Below the pieces are notes generated by a model. That model had not been told where the DNA came from and did not search any database. It saw only the letters and a list, made by a program, of their open reading frames with translations. DNA of 59,255 bases from Flavobacteriales bacterium. Its GTDB lineage: Bacteria > Bacteroidota > Bacteroidia > Palsa-965. Position 1 is the first letter of the stretch; the number at the start of each line of letters is the position of its first letter. The stretch covers positions 1 to 59,255 of the forward strand of contig JBEIPA010000032.1 in the NCBI GenBank assembly GCA_040377305.1. Reading direction: 5' to 3'. Made by a program: the position numbers and the translations under genes. Of this stretch, positions 20,435-30,700 are shown piece by piece.

Positions 20435-21547
20435 CTAAATCAATGCCAGAATCTTCTCGGCATTCTTGCGGTTCGAGAAACGTTCATCCAGAACAGATTT
20501 GCGTTTTACAATATCGGCTTGACTGAATTCAAGTTCCTGAATGGCTTGCAGTCCCACTCGCATGGAAGCCGCGTCTTCGTGAATGATGCAAAGCGATTCC
20601 AATCCTGTATTTGCAACCATTGTTGAATTCACGATGCAGTGCCGGCCGCGCATGAGTGCAGCGAGCAATTTCAGTTTGATTCCGGTTGCCTGGAAAGTTG
20701 GCAGAATATTTACGTGAGCAGATGAAATCAGTTCGTCGATTTCTGCTGTACTGATGTTGGACTTAAGTGTGATCCTGGACTTTCCGTTCACCGCCGCAGC
20801 AAGTTCTGCAGAAGGATTGTTCCCTGCGATCACGAGCGGATAATCAACTTCACTGAACACTTCATTCACCAGAAATAAAGCAGCCTGATTGTTCTCGCCC
20901 ACTTCCAGATTACCATGATAGAATGCGAACGATCCTTTGCCTTCGCGGATATTTACTTCTTCGTTGGAATGAAAGGCCATTACATGCTCGACATTCTTGT
21001 ATCGTGAAGAAAGCTCCTTGGCGTCAGCCGGTGAAATTGCAAGAACATGCTGTGCATCATGCAGCACCGATTCGAACTTCTCCAGTTTGTTTGCTTCGCG
21101 ACGGAAGTATTGTCGTTTGGACCACTTCTTCTCTACTCTTTCCAGCGCGCGGTAGTAATCGTGTTCGATGTTGTGTGTGCGGACAATCTTTTTTCGATTC
21201 TTCAATGAAGGATGTGAAACGTAAGCGCAACAGTGCAATCCCTCAAACAAAATTGGTGCATCATCGCTTTGCAGATTTTTCAACAGCTCATCCGCTCGAC
21301 GGGAATTCACAATGAAAGGTTCCGAAGAACAGAGTTGGAAAATGGAAGTCTTGCGTGAATAGTAAAAAACCTTCTTGCAATACTTTTCGAGTTCAGAAGA
21401 TTTTGCCCGACCGTAGTGAAAGCAGTGAAGTGTTATTTCTACTCCGAGTGCGTGGAGAGCTTTGATTTTATAAAACACGTCGATTACTCCACCGTAATTT
21501 GCGGGATAGGGGATGTCGAATGAGATGATATTTAGGTGCTTAGACAA
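20435..21547 (-). CDS. Glycosyltransferase (GT4-like)
   Basis: 'PYPANYGGVID', 'HNIEHDYY', 'TGIKLKLLAAL' GT-B features; TTG start. Confidence 0.8.
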   Translation of the reverse strand: MSKHLNIISFDIPYPANYGGVIDVFYKIKALHALGVEITLHCFHYGRAKSSELEKYCKKVFYYSRKTSIFQLCSSEPFIVNSRRADELLKNLQSDDAPILFEGLHCCAYVSHPSLKNRKKIVRTHNIEHDYYRALERVEKKWSKRQYFRREANKLEKFESVLHDAQHVLAISPADAKELSSRYKNVEHVMAFHSNEEVNIREGKGSFAFYHGNLEVGENNQAALFLVNEVFSEVDYPLVIAGNNPSAELAAAVNGKSRITLKSNISTAEIDELISSAHVNILPTFQATGIKLKLLAALMRGRHCIVNSTMVANTGLESLCIIHEDAASMRVGLQAIQELEFSQADIVKRKSVLDERFSNRKNAEKILALI

Positions 21548-21556
21548 ACGGTTGCC

Positions 21557-21588
21557 GATGATGGGATGATTGGATGATCAGATGATAG
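21557..21588. repeat. 8-mer tandem tract (GATGATNN)x4
   Basis: GATGATGG GATGATTG GATGATCA GATGATAG fills the gap between the two GT genes. Confidence 0.8.
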
Positions 21589-21592
21589 AATG

Positions 21593-22708
21593 TCAAAGGT
21601 ATTGTGAATAAACTTTGATAAGGTGCGCTTCGTCGGCTTCCCAGCAAAGTTCTTCTGTCGCTTTCGCTGTGTTTGATTTCCAGATGGAATATTCCGGTGA
21701 ATTCAATGCGTTCGAAATTGTTTCCGCCAATTTTTCCGGCTCGAAGGTATCTGCCACTGCGCCCACTTTGTAATCGCGAACTATTCTTGCAACCTCCGGT
21801 AAATCGGAACACAAAACCGGCACTCCTGCGCGAATGTAATCGAATATTTTATTGGGCAGACTGAGACGGTAATTGATATTGGTCGGCTTGTCTAGTGTTA
21901 CTCCCAAATCGGCTACGCTGGTGTATTTCTGCAAAGCCTCGTGAGGCACTTTTCCCGTAAATTTTATGCGATCAGTCAAACGTTCTTGCGTCACTATCTG
22001 CTGTAATTTCGGAATCACATCGCCACTTCCCACAATCAGCAAATGAACATCGGGCAAATATTTCATTGCCTCAACGAGTTCTTCTGATCCGCGATCGACG
22101 TTGATGCCCGCGCCTTGTAACAAAACAATTTTCTTATCGGAAGGTAAATTCAATTCTGCACGCGTTGCCGTTGCATGTATGCCGCTTCCTTTTCTCGGCA
22201 TGTTGCGCACAACGAGCGGACGAACTTTGTATTTGTCGTAGAACCAATCGGAGATGGATTGATTGACGGTGAAAACGTTTTTCAGTTTCGGGAAGATCCA
22301 CTTCTCTACGCTGCGCCAAACTCCCTGCTTGAAATTCTGTCCGACGAGCTCCGGTACTTCTGTGAAGATTTCATGTGAGTCGTAAACGAGGGGAATGCCT
22401 TTGATTTTAGAGATGAGATAGTTCGGTAGGAGCGTATCCAGATCGTTTGACACCAACACGTGATGTTTACGAAACAGGAGATAGAAAAACAGGCGCAACT
22501 GAAAGAAGGAGTAAAACAGAACTCCGTTTTCGAACAGTAGCTTCATGCGATGTGTGCGATATTCGCGTGGCGCAAGATCGAGACTTGCGCGCTGTTTGCG
22601 TCCGACGAGCACAACATCGAAGCCGAGATTTTTGAGCGTGGTGCAGACTTTATGCACGCGCTGATCGGTGACGAGGTCGTTGATGACGGAGACGGTGGCT
22701 GTTTTCAC
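21593..22708 (-). CDS. Glycosyltransferase family 4
   Basis: 'DQRVHK', 'VYDSHE', 'SLPNKIFDYIRAGVPVLCSD'; GTG start. Confidence 0.88.
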   Translation of the reverse strand: MKTATVSVINDLVTDQRVHKVCTTLKNLGFDVVLVGRKQRASLDLAPREYRTHRMKLLFENGVLFYSFFQLRLFFYLLFRKHHVLVSNDLDTLLPNYLISKIKGIPLVYDSHEIFTEVPELVGQNFKQGVWRSVEKWIFPKLKNVFTVNQSISDWFYDKYKVRPLVVRNMPRKGSGIHATATRAELNLPSDKKIVLLQGAGINVDRGSEELVEAMKYLPDVHLLIVGSGDVIPKLQQIVTQERLTDRIKFTGKVPHEALQKYTSVADLGVTLDKPTNINYRLSLPNKIFDYIRAGVPVLCSDLPEVARIVRDYKVGAVADTFEPEKLAETISNALNSPEYSIWKSNTAKATEELCWEADEAHLIKVYSQYL

Positions 22709-22812
22709 AAATGTGGTTGCGGTGCGAAAATAGGGAATAACTAGAAGTGGGCGAGGTAACGTCAGCGGTGCTGAATTATTACATTTGCATGCACAAGAAA
22801 ACTAACAAGCTG

Positions 22813-22852
22813 GTCTGAAATCCAGACTGTGTCAGGATTATGATCCTGACAC
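22813..22852. repeat. REP-like palindromes (GTCAGGAT-N4-ATCCTGAC family)
   Basis: GTGTCAGGAT-TATG-ATCCTGACAC (22829-22852) preceded by a degenerate GTCTG...CAGAC copy; same motif at 40018-40064. Confidence 0.75.
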
Positions 22853-22860
22853 CACCCAAG

Positions 22861-23874
22861 ATGAAAACCGAAGAAAATTACTCGTTGCGCAACCTGAATA
22901 CGTTCGGAATGGACGTATCGGCGAAGTTGTTCGCGAAGTTTACTTCGGAGGAGACGCTGGATGCGCTGGCACGGACGAAAGAATGGCAGGAAAATGCACC
23001 GTTTATTCTTGGCGGAGGCAGCAATATTCTTTTTACGAAAGATGTAGACACGCTCGTTGCATTCAATGGCATGAAGGGAATTGAAAATCGTGGTGGGGAT
23101 GATGATTACGTTTACTTACGTGTTGGAGCCGGAGAAGTATGGCATGATTTCGTGATGTATTGCATTGAGAACGGATATGGCGGTGTGGAAAATCTTTCCT
23201 TGATTCCGGGAAGTGTGGGTGCTGGTCCGATGCAGAATATTGGTGCGTACGGCGTGGAACTGAAAGATGTGTTTCAGGAACTGGAGGCGTATCACATGCA
23301 GGGAAGATATTTTGTGAAGTTCAAAGCAGATGAATGCAACTTCGGATATCGCGAGAGTGTATTCAAGAATAAATTCAAAGGTCAGTTTGTGATTACGCGA
23401 GTGACGTTTAAGTTGTCGCGTAAACCGAAGTTCAATACATCTTACGGTGCTATTGAAAAAGAAATCGAGCGCATGGGTGTGAAAGAAATTTCCATCAAGG
23501 CCATTAGTGATGCTGTGATTAATATTCGCAGAAGCAAATTGCCGGATCCGAAAGTGATTGGAAATGCGGGAAGCTTTTTCAAGAACCCGGTGATTAGTGG
23601 TTCACAGTTTGAAATTCTGAAAATGAAATTTCCGGAAGTGGTTTCTTATCCTGCGGGAAGTGATTTCAAATTAGCTGCGGGATGGCTGATTGAGCAGTGC
23701 GGCTGGAAAGGATTCCGTGAAGGTGATGCGGGAGTGCATAAAGATCAGGCGTTGGTGATTGTGAATTATGGGAATGCGAAAGGCAATGAGCTTTATGATT
23801 TGTCGCAGCGCGTGCTGGATTCTGTGAAGGAGAAGTTTGGGGTTGAGTTGGAGCGGGAAGTTAACATTCGCTAG
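22861..23874 (+). CDS. murB: UDP-N-acetylenolpyruvoylglucosamine reductase
   Basis: LGGGSNILF, IPGSVGAGPMQNIGAYG, GNAGSFFKNP, LEREVN. ATG 22861 preferred because ATG 22840 lies in the REP-like palindrome. Confidence 0.96.
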   Translation: MKTEENYSLRNLNTFGMDVSAKLFAKFTSEETLDALARTKEWQENAPFILGGGSNILFTKDVDTLVAFNGMKGIENRGGDDDYVYLRVGAGEVWHDFVMYCIENGYGGVENLSLIPGSVGAGPMQNIGAYGVELKDVFQELEAYHMQGRYFVKFKADECNFGYRESVFKNKFKGQFVITRVTFKLSRKPKFNTSYGAIEKEIERMGVKEISIKAISDAVINIRRSKLPDPKVIGNAGSFFKNPVISGSQFEILKMKFPEVVSYPAGSDFKLAAGWLIEQCGWKGFREGDAGVHKDQALVIVNYGNAKGNELYDLSQRVLDSVKEKFGVELEREVNIR

Positions 23875-23885
23875 AAAAATAGGAT

Positions 23886-23978
23886 GCGGATCGAGCGGAT
23901 GAAGCGGATCAAAATGGATTTTCTGAGAACCCTGAATTGTGGCTAAATTTTGCCGCAGATTCGCAGATTGCGCAGATT
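23886..23978. repeat. Short tandem tracts (GCGGATnnn)x3 and (CGCAGATT)x3 between convergent murB and aroA
   Basis: GCGGAT at 23886, 23895, 23904; CGCAGATT at 23954, 23962, 23971, the last overlapping the aroA stop. Confidence 0.8.
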
Positions 23979-25230
23979 AAGAAATCTTAGCGCCGAGTTT
24001 TTTCAACTCTTCCCAGAAGCCAGGCCATGATTTGCCGACAACAGATGGTTCATTCAGAATCAAATCAGGATACATGATTGCAAGTGGTGCGAAAGCCATT
24101 GCCATGCGGTGATCTTCGTATGAATCCACTTCAACCGGAGTTTTTACAGGCTCATCAAATGTTCTGATCTCGAGTAATCCTTTGCCAGGTTCGGTGCAGT
24201 TGGCTCCGAATTTTTTCAGCTCTGTAATCAATGCATGAATGCGATCTGTTTCTTTCACACGCAAAGTGCTGAGACCGCGCATGAGCAATGGAATTTTTTT
24301 CGCGGTTGCAACAACTGCACAGGTTTGCACGATGTCCGGGCACTCTTCGAAGTCGAATGCGAATGCTTTGGGTTTGTAATTATTCTTAACGATGCGAACT
24401 CCATTCTCCTCGAACTTCGTGCTAACACCAAGAAAAGGAAACACCCACTGCAGCACTGAATCTCCCTGAAGACTTTGTTCGCGCAATCCTTCCATGAAAA
24501 TGTCTGCTTCGTCTGCAATTGCTGCAAGACTGTAACAATATGATGCAGCGCTCCAATCGGCCTCGACGCGGAATTGATTTTCGGGATCATCTACTTTGAA
24601 CGACTGATTGCTCACCGATAAAGTATCACCATCCCAGATTCCGAAAACGCCGAAACGCTCCATGATGCGCAAGGTCATCAGGATGTACGGCATGGAAGCA
24701 ATCGCACTCTTGAATTTAATTACAAGTCCATTGTGCAATGTTGGAGCAATCAATAGCAATGCAGTAACGAATTGACTGCTCACACTCCCGTCGAGTTCAA
24801 TTTGTCCGCCTTGTAATTTCTTGCCGGTAATTTCAATCGGAGCGAAACCTTCTTCGCCTTTGTAGGTGATCTGTGCGCCGAGTGAACGTAATGCATCTAC
24901 TAAAATTCCCAGCGGACGTTTTTGCATGCGGGCTGATCCCGTAAGCGTGCGTGTTCCTTCAAGCGTTGCAAAGTATGCAGTAAGAAAACGCATGGTTGTT
25001 CCTGCAGGACCGCAGTCGTACAGAGAATCACTTGAAGCTTTTTCAGATTTATCGAGAAGTTGCGCGAGCACTTGTGAGTCCTGTGCATCGGACATCCCGT
25101 GCATGGGCTCTTCTGTAGCAGTCAAGGCGCGAATGATGAGCAAACGATTGCATTCACTCTTGGACAGCGGCAATCGAACCGAGCCTTTCAGCTTTCTCGG
25201 GATTGTAATGACTGCCTTGGGTTTGCTCAT
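23977..25230 (-). CDS. aroA: 3-phosphoshikimate 1-carboxyvinyltransferase
   Basis: SKSECNR, AGTTMRF, SSQF, RVKETDRI, DHRMAMAF. Confidence 0.96.
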   Translation of the reverse strand: MSKPKAVITIPRKLKGSVRLPLSKSECNRLLIIRALTATEEPMHGMSDAQDSQVLAQLLDKSEKASSDSLYDCGPAGTTMRFLTAYFATLEGTRTLTGSARMQKRPLGILVDALRSLGAQITYKGEEGFAPIEITGKKLQGGQIELDGSVSSQFVTALLLIAPTLHNGLVIKFKSAIASMPYILMTLRIMERFGVFGIWDGDTLSVSNQSFKVDDPENQFRVEADWSAASYCYSLAAIADEADIFMEGLREQSLQGDSVLQWVFPFLGVSTKFEENGVRIVKNNYKPKAFAFDFEECPDIVQTCAVVATAKKIPLLMRGLSTLRVKETDRIHALITELKKFGANCTEPGKGLLEIRTFDEPVKTPVEVDSYEDHRMAMAFAPLAIMYPDLILNEPSVVGKSWPGFWEELKKLGAKIS

Positions 25231-25241
25231 ATTGGTTAAAA

Positions 25242-26312
25242 TTACGACAAGGATCTGTAATAATCGAGTGCCGCTATAATTCTGTCAGGAGTTACGGACT
25301 TTCCGGTATGGCACGTTCCAATTGATTTCAGCAGAACCATACGGATGTCGCCTTTCTCATTCTTCTTATCGTGACGCATCAATTCAATGATGCGGTGATC
25401 ATCCATCGCGTTCAGTGTTTGTAACGGAAAATACCTGCAAATGTTACGGACGATTTCCTCGTGTTGTTCCTCCTCTAGTTTCGTCTCCTGCACAGAAATC
25501 CACGATTCACAGATCATTCCGAGTGCAACAGCTTCACCATGCAAAAGCGTTCTCTCCTGCCGTTCGAGTACAAATCCTTCAACGGCGTGACCAATCGTGT
25601 GACCAAAATTCAGTTTCCTGCGTTCGCCATTTTCATTGGGATCGGTCGCTACAATTGCTGATTTTATATCAATCGATTTGCGGATGATTACTTCAAGATT
25701 GTCGGCATTGGTCAGATCAGTATTGATGCATTCGTTCCAGTAATCTGCATCAGTAACCAGTCCGTGTTTGAGAATTTCTGCCAGTCCGGAGATGAGTTCG
25801 CGCTTCGGAAGCGTCTTCAGAAAATTCGGCCAAATGAACAATTCCTGAGGTTCAGCAAACACGCCTACTTCATTCTTGAGTGGACCTAAATCGACTCCGG
25901 TCTTGCCGCCTACAGAAGCGTCAACCTGTGCAAGTAGCGTTGTAGGAATATTGATGAACGAAATTCCCCGCTTGAAAGTAGAAGCAACAAATCCGCCCAG
26001 GTCTGTAATGACACCACCACCGAGATTTACTATGAGTGAATGACGATCAGCGGCAAGTTCGCCGAGGGCTTTCCAAACGTTCGTGCAGATTTCGAGATTC
26101 TTGTTCTTCTCCCCGCTTTCGAGTTCGATCACTTCAGCTTCCAGGAGTTTGGGAACGTTAGTCACCAGCACCGGAAGGCAATGCTTCAGGGAGTTTTCGT
26201 CGACAAGAATGAACAGGGATGAGAATTTATTCCGCTTCAGGTATTGAGCCAGCTTCGCAAATACATTGTCGCCAATTGTGATGCGGGAAGAGTCGACTTG
26301 ATCAGCAGACAT
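25242..26312 (-). CDS. aroB: 3-dehydroquinate synthase
   Basis: LGGGVITDLGGF, PTTLLAQVDASVGGKTG, LNFGHTIGHA, HGEAVA. Confidence 0.97.
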   Translation of the reverse strand: MSADQVDSSRITIGDNVFAKLAQYLKRNKFSSLFILVDENSLKHCLPVLVTNVPKLLEAEVIELESGEKNKNLEICTNVWKALGELAADRHSLIVNLGGGVITDLGGFVASTFKRGISFINIPTTLLAQVDASVGGKTGVDLGPLKNEVGVFAEPQELFIWPNFLKTLPKRELISGLAEILKHGLVTDADYWNECINTDLTNADNLEVIIRKSIDIKSAIVATDPNENGERRKLNFGHTIGHAVEGFVLERQERTLLHGEAVALGMICESWISVQETKLEEEQHEEIVRNICRYFPLQTLNAMDDHRIIELMRHDKKNEKGDIRMVLLKSIGTCHTGKSVTPDRIIAALDYYRSLS

Positions 26313-26340
26313 AGAGTACTAAAGTAAAGGAAAAAGCGGT

Positions 26341-26439
26341 GATTCGGTATTAAGGGATTGTGGGATTAGGGAATTCGGGTTCAAATTATCTAAGCCTAAA
26401 TTCCTCAATCCGCGAATCCCCCAATCCCCTAATACCTAA
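26341..26439. repeat. Inverted pair of 8-mer (GGGATT/AATCCC) tracts in the divergent aroB/proline dehydrogenase gap
   Basis: AGGGATTGTGGGATTAGGGAATT versus AATTCCTCAATCCGCGAATCCCCCAATCCCCTAAT. Confidence 0.8.
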
Positions 26440-26452
26440 CTTTGCGTATTCT

Positions 26453-27628
26453 ATGGTTTCATTCGACAATACAGAAGTAGCTTTTTCGGGAAAGACACCC
26501 GGAGCGTTGAAACGGTCTTACTGGCTGTTCAAGGTAATTTCAAGTCCCACGATTGTAACGATTAGTAAAGCGCTCACCAATTTTGCGTTGGCCCTTCATA
26601 TTCCGATTCGTTGGGCGCTCAAGCCAACCATTTTCAAACAGTTTGTTGGCGGAGAAAATATCGAAGAGTGTTCGCGTACGATTGCGGAGCTTGGCAAGTA
26701 TAAAGTTGGAACCATTCTCGACTACTCTGTGGAAGGTAAAGAATCGGAAGCGGATTTTAATGCGGGTGCGAAGGAAATCATTGCAACAGTTGCACGTGCG
26801 AAGACTGATCCGAATATTCCATTTTGTGTTTTCAAAGTGACCGGACTTGGACGTTTTGAATTGCTCGAAAAAGTTTCTGCGCGCGAAAAGCTTACCACAG
26901 CAGAAGAACAAGAATGGAAAAGGGTTTGGCAACGAGTGGAAGATATTTGTGCTGCTGCTGAAGCCATTTCGAAACCCATTTTCGTTGATGCTGAAGACAG
27001 TTGGATTCAACAGGCGATTGACGATCTCGCTGATGAAATGATGGAGCGGCATAACAAGAAAATGCCGGTTGTGTACAACACGTATCAGTTGTACAGAAAA
27101 GATCGTCTGGAGTTTTTGAAAACATCATTCGCCAAAGCGCAGGCGGGAAATTATTTTCTCGGCGCTAAACTCGTTCGCGGTGCATACATGGAGAAAGAAA
27201 GAGCACGCGCGAAAGAGAAAGGTTATGCTGATCCGATTCATGACACCAAAGAAAACACTGATCGCGATTACGATTTAGCCGTTGCATTCTGCGTTGATCA
27301 CATTGATCGGATCGGACTTTGCGCCGGAACACACAATGAACTCAGTTCACAGAAGCTTGCAGAGGTTCTCGACGCGAAAAAGATTCCGCATAATCATCCG
27401 CACATCTATTTCTCACAACTTCTGGGAATGAGCGATCACATTTCCTTCAATCTGGCGCACAACGGTTATAATGTGGCGAAATATGTTCCGTACGGTCCCG
27501 TTCGCGATGTACTTCCGTATTTGATCCGCAGAGCGCAGGAAAATACTTCTGTGAAGGGGCAGACGGGAAGAGAACTTAGTTTGATTATTAAAGAGAAGGA
27601 AAGAAGAAAACAGTCGCAGCGGCAGTAG
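26453..27628 (+). CDS. Monofunctional proline dehydrogenase
   Basis: VDAED, YNTYQLY, KLVRGAY, GTHN, QLLGM, KYVPYG, YLIRRAQEN. Likely start ATG 26453, 8 nt after TAACTTTG. Confidence 0.92.
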   Translation: MVSFDNTEVAFSGKTPGALKRSYWLFKVISSPTIVTISKALTNFALALHIPIRWALKPTIFKQFVGGENIEECSRTIAELGKYKVGTILDYSVEGKESEADFNAGAKEIIATVARAKTDPNIPFCVFKVTGLGRFELLEKVSAREKLTTAEEQEWKRVWQRVEDICAAAEAISKPIFVDAEDSWIQQAIDDLADEMMERHNKKMPVVYNTYQLYRKDRLEFLKTSFAKAQAGNYFLGAKLVRGAYMEKERARAKEKGYADPIHDTKENTDRDYDLAVAFCVDHIDRIGLCAGTHNELSSQKLAEVLDAKKIPHNHPHIYFSQLLGMSDHISFNLAHNGYNVAKYVPYGPVRDVLPYLIRRAQENTSVKGQTGRELSLIIKEKERRKQSQRQ

Positions 27629-27723
27629 CAGTCAGTTTTCAGTATTAAAAAAGAAACTCCCGATATGAAGATCATATCGGGAGTTTTGTTTACTGCTTAC
27701 TGACTGCAACTGCCGCTGCTACT
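27611..27723. repeat. Inverted GCAGYN tracts bracketing a terminator
   Basis: CAGTCGCAGCGGCAGTAGCAGTCAGT (27611-27636, encodes QSQRQ*) and ACTGCTTACTGACTGCAACTGCCGCTGCTACT (27692-27723). Confidence 0.85.
27654..27690. terminator. Bidirectional terminator
   Basis: AAACTCCCGATATGA-loop-TCATATCGGGAGTTT between convergent genes. Confidence 0.88.
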
Positions 27724-27726
27724 TCT

Positions 27727-30700
27727 TTACTGCACTTCCAGCTTGCGCGAGAAGCTCTGTTCCCCTGCTGTAAAGTTGAGGAAGTAAATTCCGGTTGCGA
27801 GATTGTTTGCGTCGATAACCCAACGGTTAGTTCCCGGAGTGCAGTTCAATTGTAGTGTCTGCACCTGCTGTCCGAGCGAATTCACGATGGTGAGATTTGC
27901 TTCACGAACGTCGCCGCTGTTTGCAAATTCAATGGTGAAATCACCTTCTGTTGGATTTGGATACATGTTCATTGTTGCAGATGCACTCGCTGAACCGATT
28001 CCGCTACAAACATCAACCAGAACCGGGGAGTTTATACTTCCGGTACATCCTGCGGTATCCGTGTATGTGTACGTGATCGTATGCAAGCCAAGACCTGCAA
28101 CAGCCGGATCAAATACTCCACCGCTAACACCAGGACCGGAATAAACTCCGCCCGCAGGTGAACCGCCAGTCAATGTAAATGCACTCGCGATTGAACATGT
28201 TGTATCGTACGGTGTTGTGTTCAATGAAATGTTTGACGCACCAACTACAACCGTTACAGGTGTACGTGGTGAGTGACAGCCATCGAGTGTCAATGTCCAA
28301 TTGTACAAGTAGTAGTAGAATGCCGGTCCAGCGGAAGAGCCTGTGATGCTCAAAACACCTGGAGAGGTGTACGGATAACTAGCACTTGCGTTGTTACGAT
28401 AGAGATTCATTTGTGTACCTCCCAAACGATATGAGCCTGGAGTCAATGGAATATTCAGCGTTACGGTTTGCTGACCCGTTGCAGGAACATTGACAGTGTA
28501 ATTGTTGATGAGGTTACCCGCATTGTCCCACAATGTGAATGTTTTGTTTCCGGAAGAACCTGCATACACCACTCCAGTTGTTAGCGTACAAGCCTGGTAA
28601 ACCGTGAACTCTTCGTATTGAATAGAAGTGTTGTTGTGTTGACCACCTGTTCCGAAAGTATTGTTAACCGGACCAACTGTTACGGGCGCTTGTGCTGTGA
28701 GATTTTCTACGTAGTAAGTTGTTGTTGTACTGATCGCCGGTGTTGTGTACGATGTTCCGGTACCGAGCGCTGTTCCTCCAATTGCCTGCGAGTACCAGCT
28801 CAACTGACCATTACCCGTTGCGTTCAGGGTCACACTTCCTGGATTACAAATCTGCGTTCCTGTTGCAGTTGGTGCAGCTGGTGGATTGATTGTGATATAG
28901 GAGTTTTGAGTAGTCTGGTCTGTGCCGCATGCAGAGGAAACAGAAACAGAAACATTGTAAGTTCCCGGTGCCGTGTAAGTATGAGAAGGACTGTATGCTG
29001 TATCTGTGGTCATATCCCCGAAATCCCAGAATGCGGTTGTTGCATTCGTACTTGTATTGGTGAATGTAATTGTAGTTGGAACTGAACAAGACGTAAGGAT
29101 GTTGCCTGAGAAACTCGCTGCTACAGTTGCGCTGAACGCCGGTCCAACTCCACATGCGTACCACGCATTTGCAACATCAATCTGTTCAGGAGAACATGCT
29201 CCGAATAAATCCTGTGCTGCCTGAATTGCGCCGACACGTGCATCCATGTATTCTGATGTGCTCACGAGATAAACGGTGTTGTTACGGAAAGCCACCGCGC
29301 CTGCATCGGCCCAGCCAAAACCGGTCACATTGAAAGCATCGCCGAGATCGTTTGTTCCGCTACCACCTTGTGAGCAGAGATAATACCAGTAATTCTGAAC
29401 ACCGCTGTTTGTGTGAACACCGCCGTTGTCGCCTGTACCAGTGTACCAGTTTGTGCCGGTGTAACAATCAGGATCGCCAAACTGATTTGGATTTGACATA
29501 CTACGAAGCGCGCTGTTTGAATTTACAGTAACGTCTTCACCGATCAGGAAGTCAGCATTGGCTGGCGTGAGATGCCATTCGAGCATGGTTCCGAAAATAT
29601 CGGAGAATGATTCGTTCAGCGCACCTGATTCATACGAGTAATCAAGGTTAGATGAGTTTTCTGTAACTCCATGTGTAAATTCATGTCCGCACACGTCGAG
29701 TGCAACCAGAGGATTGAATCCACCAGGCTGTTGTGAGCCGTCGCCATACGACATAGATTGTCCATCCCAATACGCATTGTCCAATCCACTGTCGTAATGC
29801 ACATAGGATAGCATCAGCATTCCATTGTTGTCGAGACCATCGCGTCCAAAAACATTCATGTAATAGTCATACGTTCCTTCTGCGCCCCAATGTGCATCAC
29901 GCGCAGCATCATCGCCCCCGGCAGTTGAAGTCCAGCTCGTAGTTGCGTTTGTAAAATCTACCGCGTTGCCCTGATTGGTTGTATTCTGACAATTGAGCGT
30001 GCGAATACCTTGTCCGCGTCCTGATTCACGAAGACGATAAGATCCGGCGTTGCTATCGCAAGTGAAACTTTGTGTTCCTGAATACATCGTTGTTCCGGTT
30101 GCGGGAGTATCAATGTTGTGAATTCTGTTTTTGGTGTGAACGATTGCACCAGTTTGTGCATCAACGAAAATCCAGTTACGGGTTACAGGTTCTGCAGCAT
30201 AGATGTCGAGCTTCCATGCGAGCACGTAGTCTTTCTTCATCATGTCTCCATCGCGACACACGATTACCAGTTCTCCCTGCGGATAATAAGTTGCATTCGG
30301 ATTACCCGTAATTTCTTTCAGAGAATTCTCAAAAGCAGGATCCTGCCAACGATACTTTGAAGCACCAACATACGCAACTGCTTTCGCAACTGCAGCATCT
30401 TTCGTCAATGCCGGATTTGTGTTCACTGTAATTCCATCGAACCACATTCCGTTTGTTGCGTACACGTATCCGTCTTTCGAGTGAATAATGTACTCGCCAT
30501 TCTCTACACGGATATCGCTGTACATCTGATTCACGCGTTCGTGTGTATAACCGAGGAGATCTTTCTCCACATGCTTCGTACGCATGCCATCAGCAAACTG
30601 CATGTGCAACGCCGGACGAAGTACATCCTGAATTTCAGTCGGAACAATTTTGCTGTCTTCGCGGAACCAGATAAACGATGGTACGCGAGATTGGCGATTA

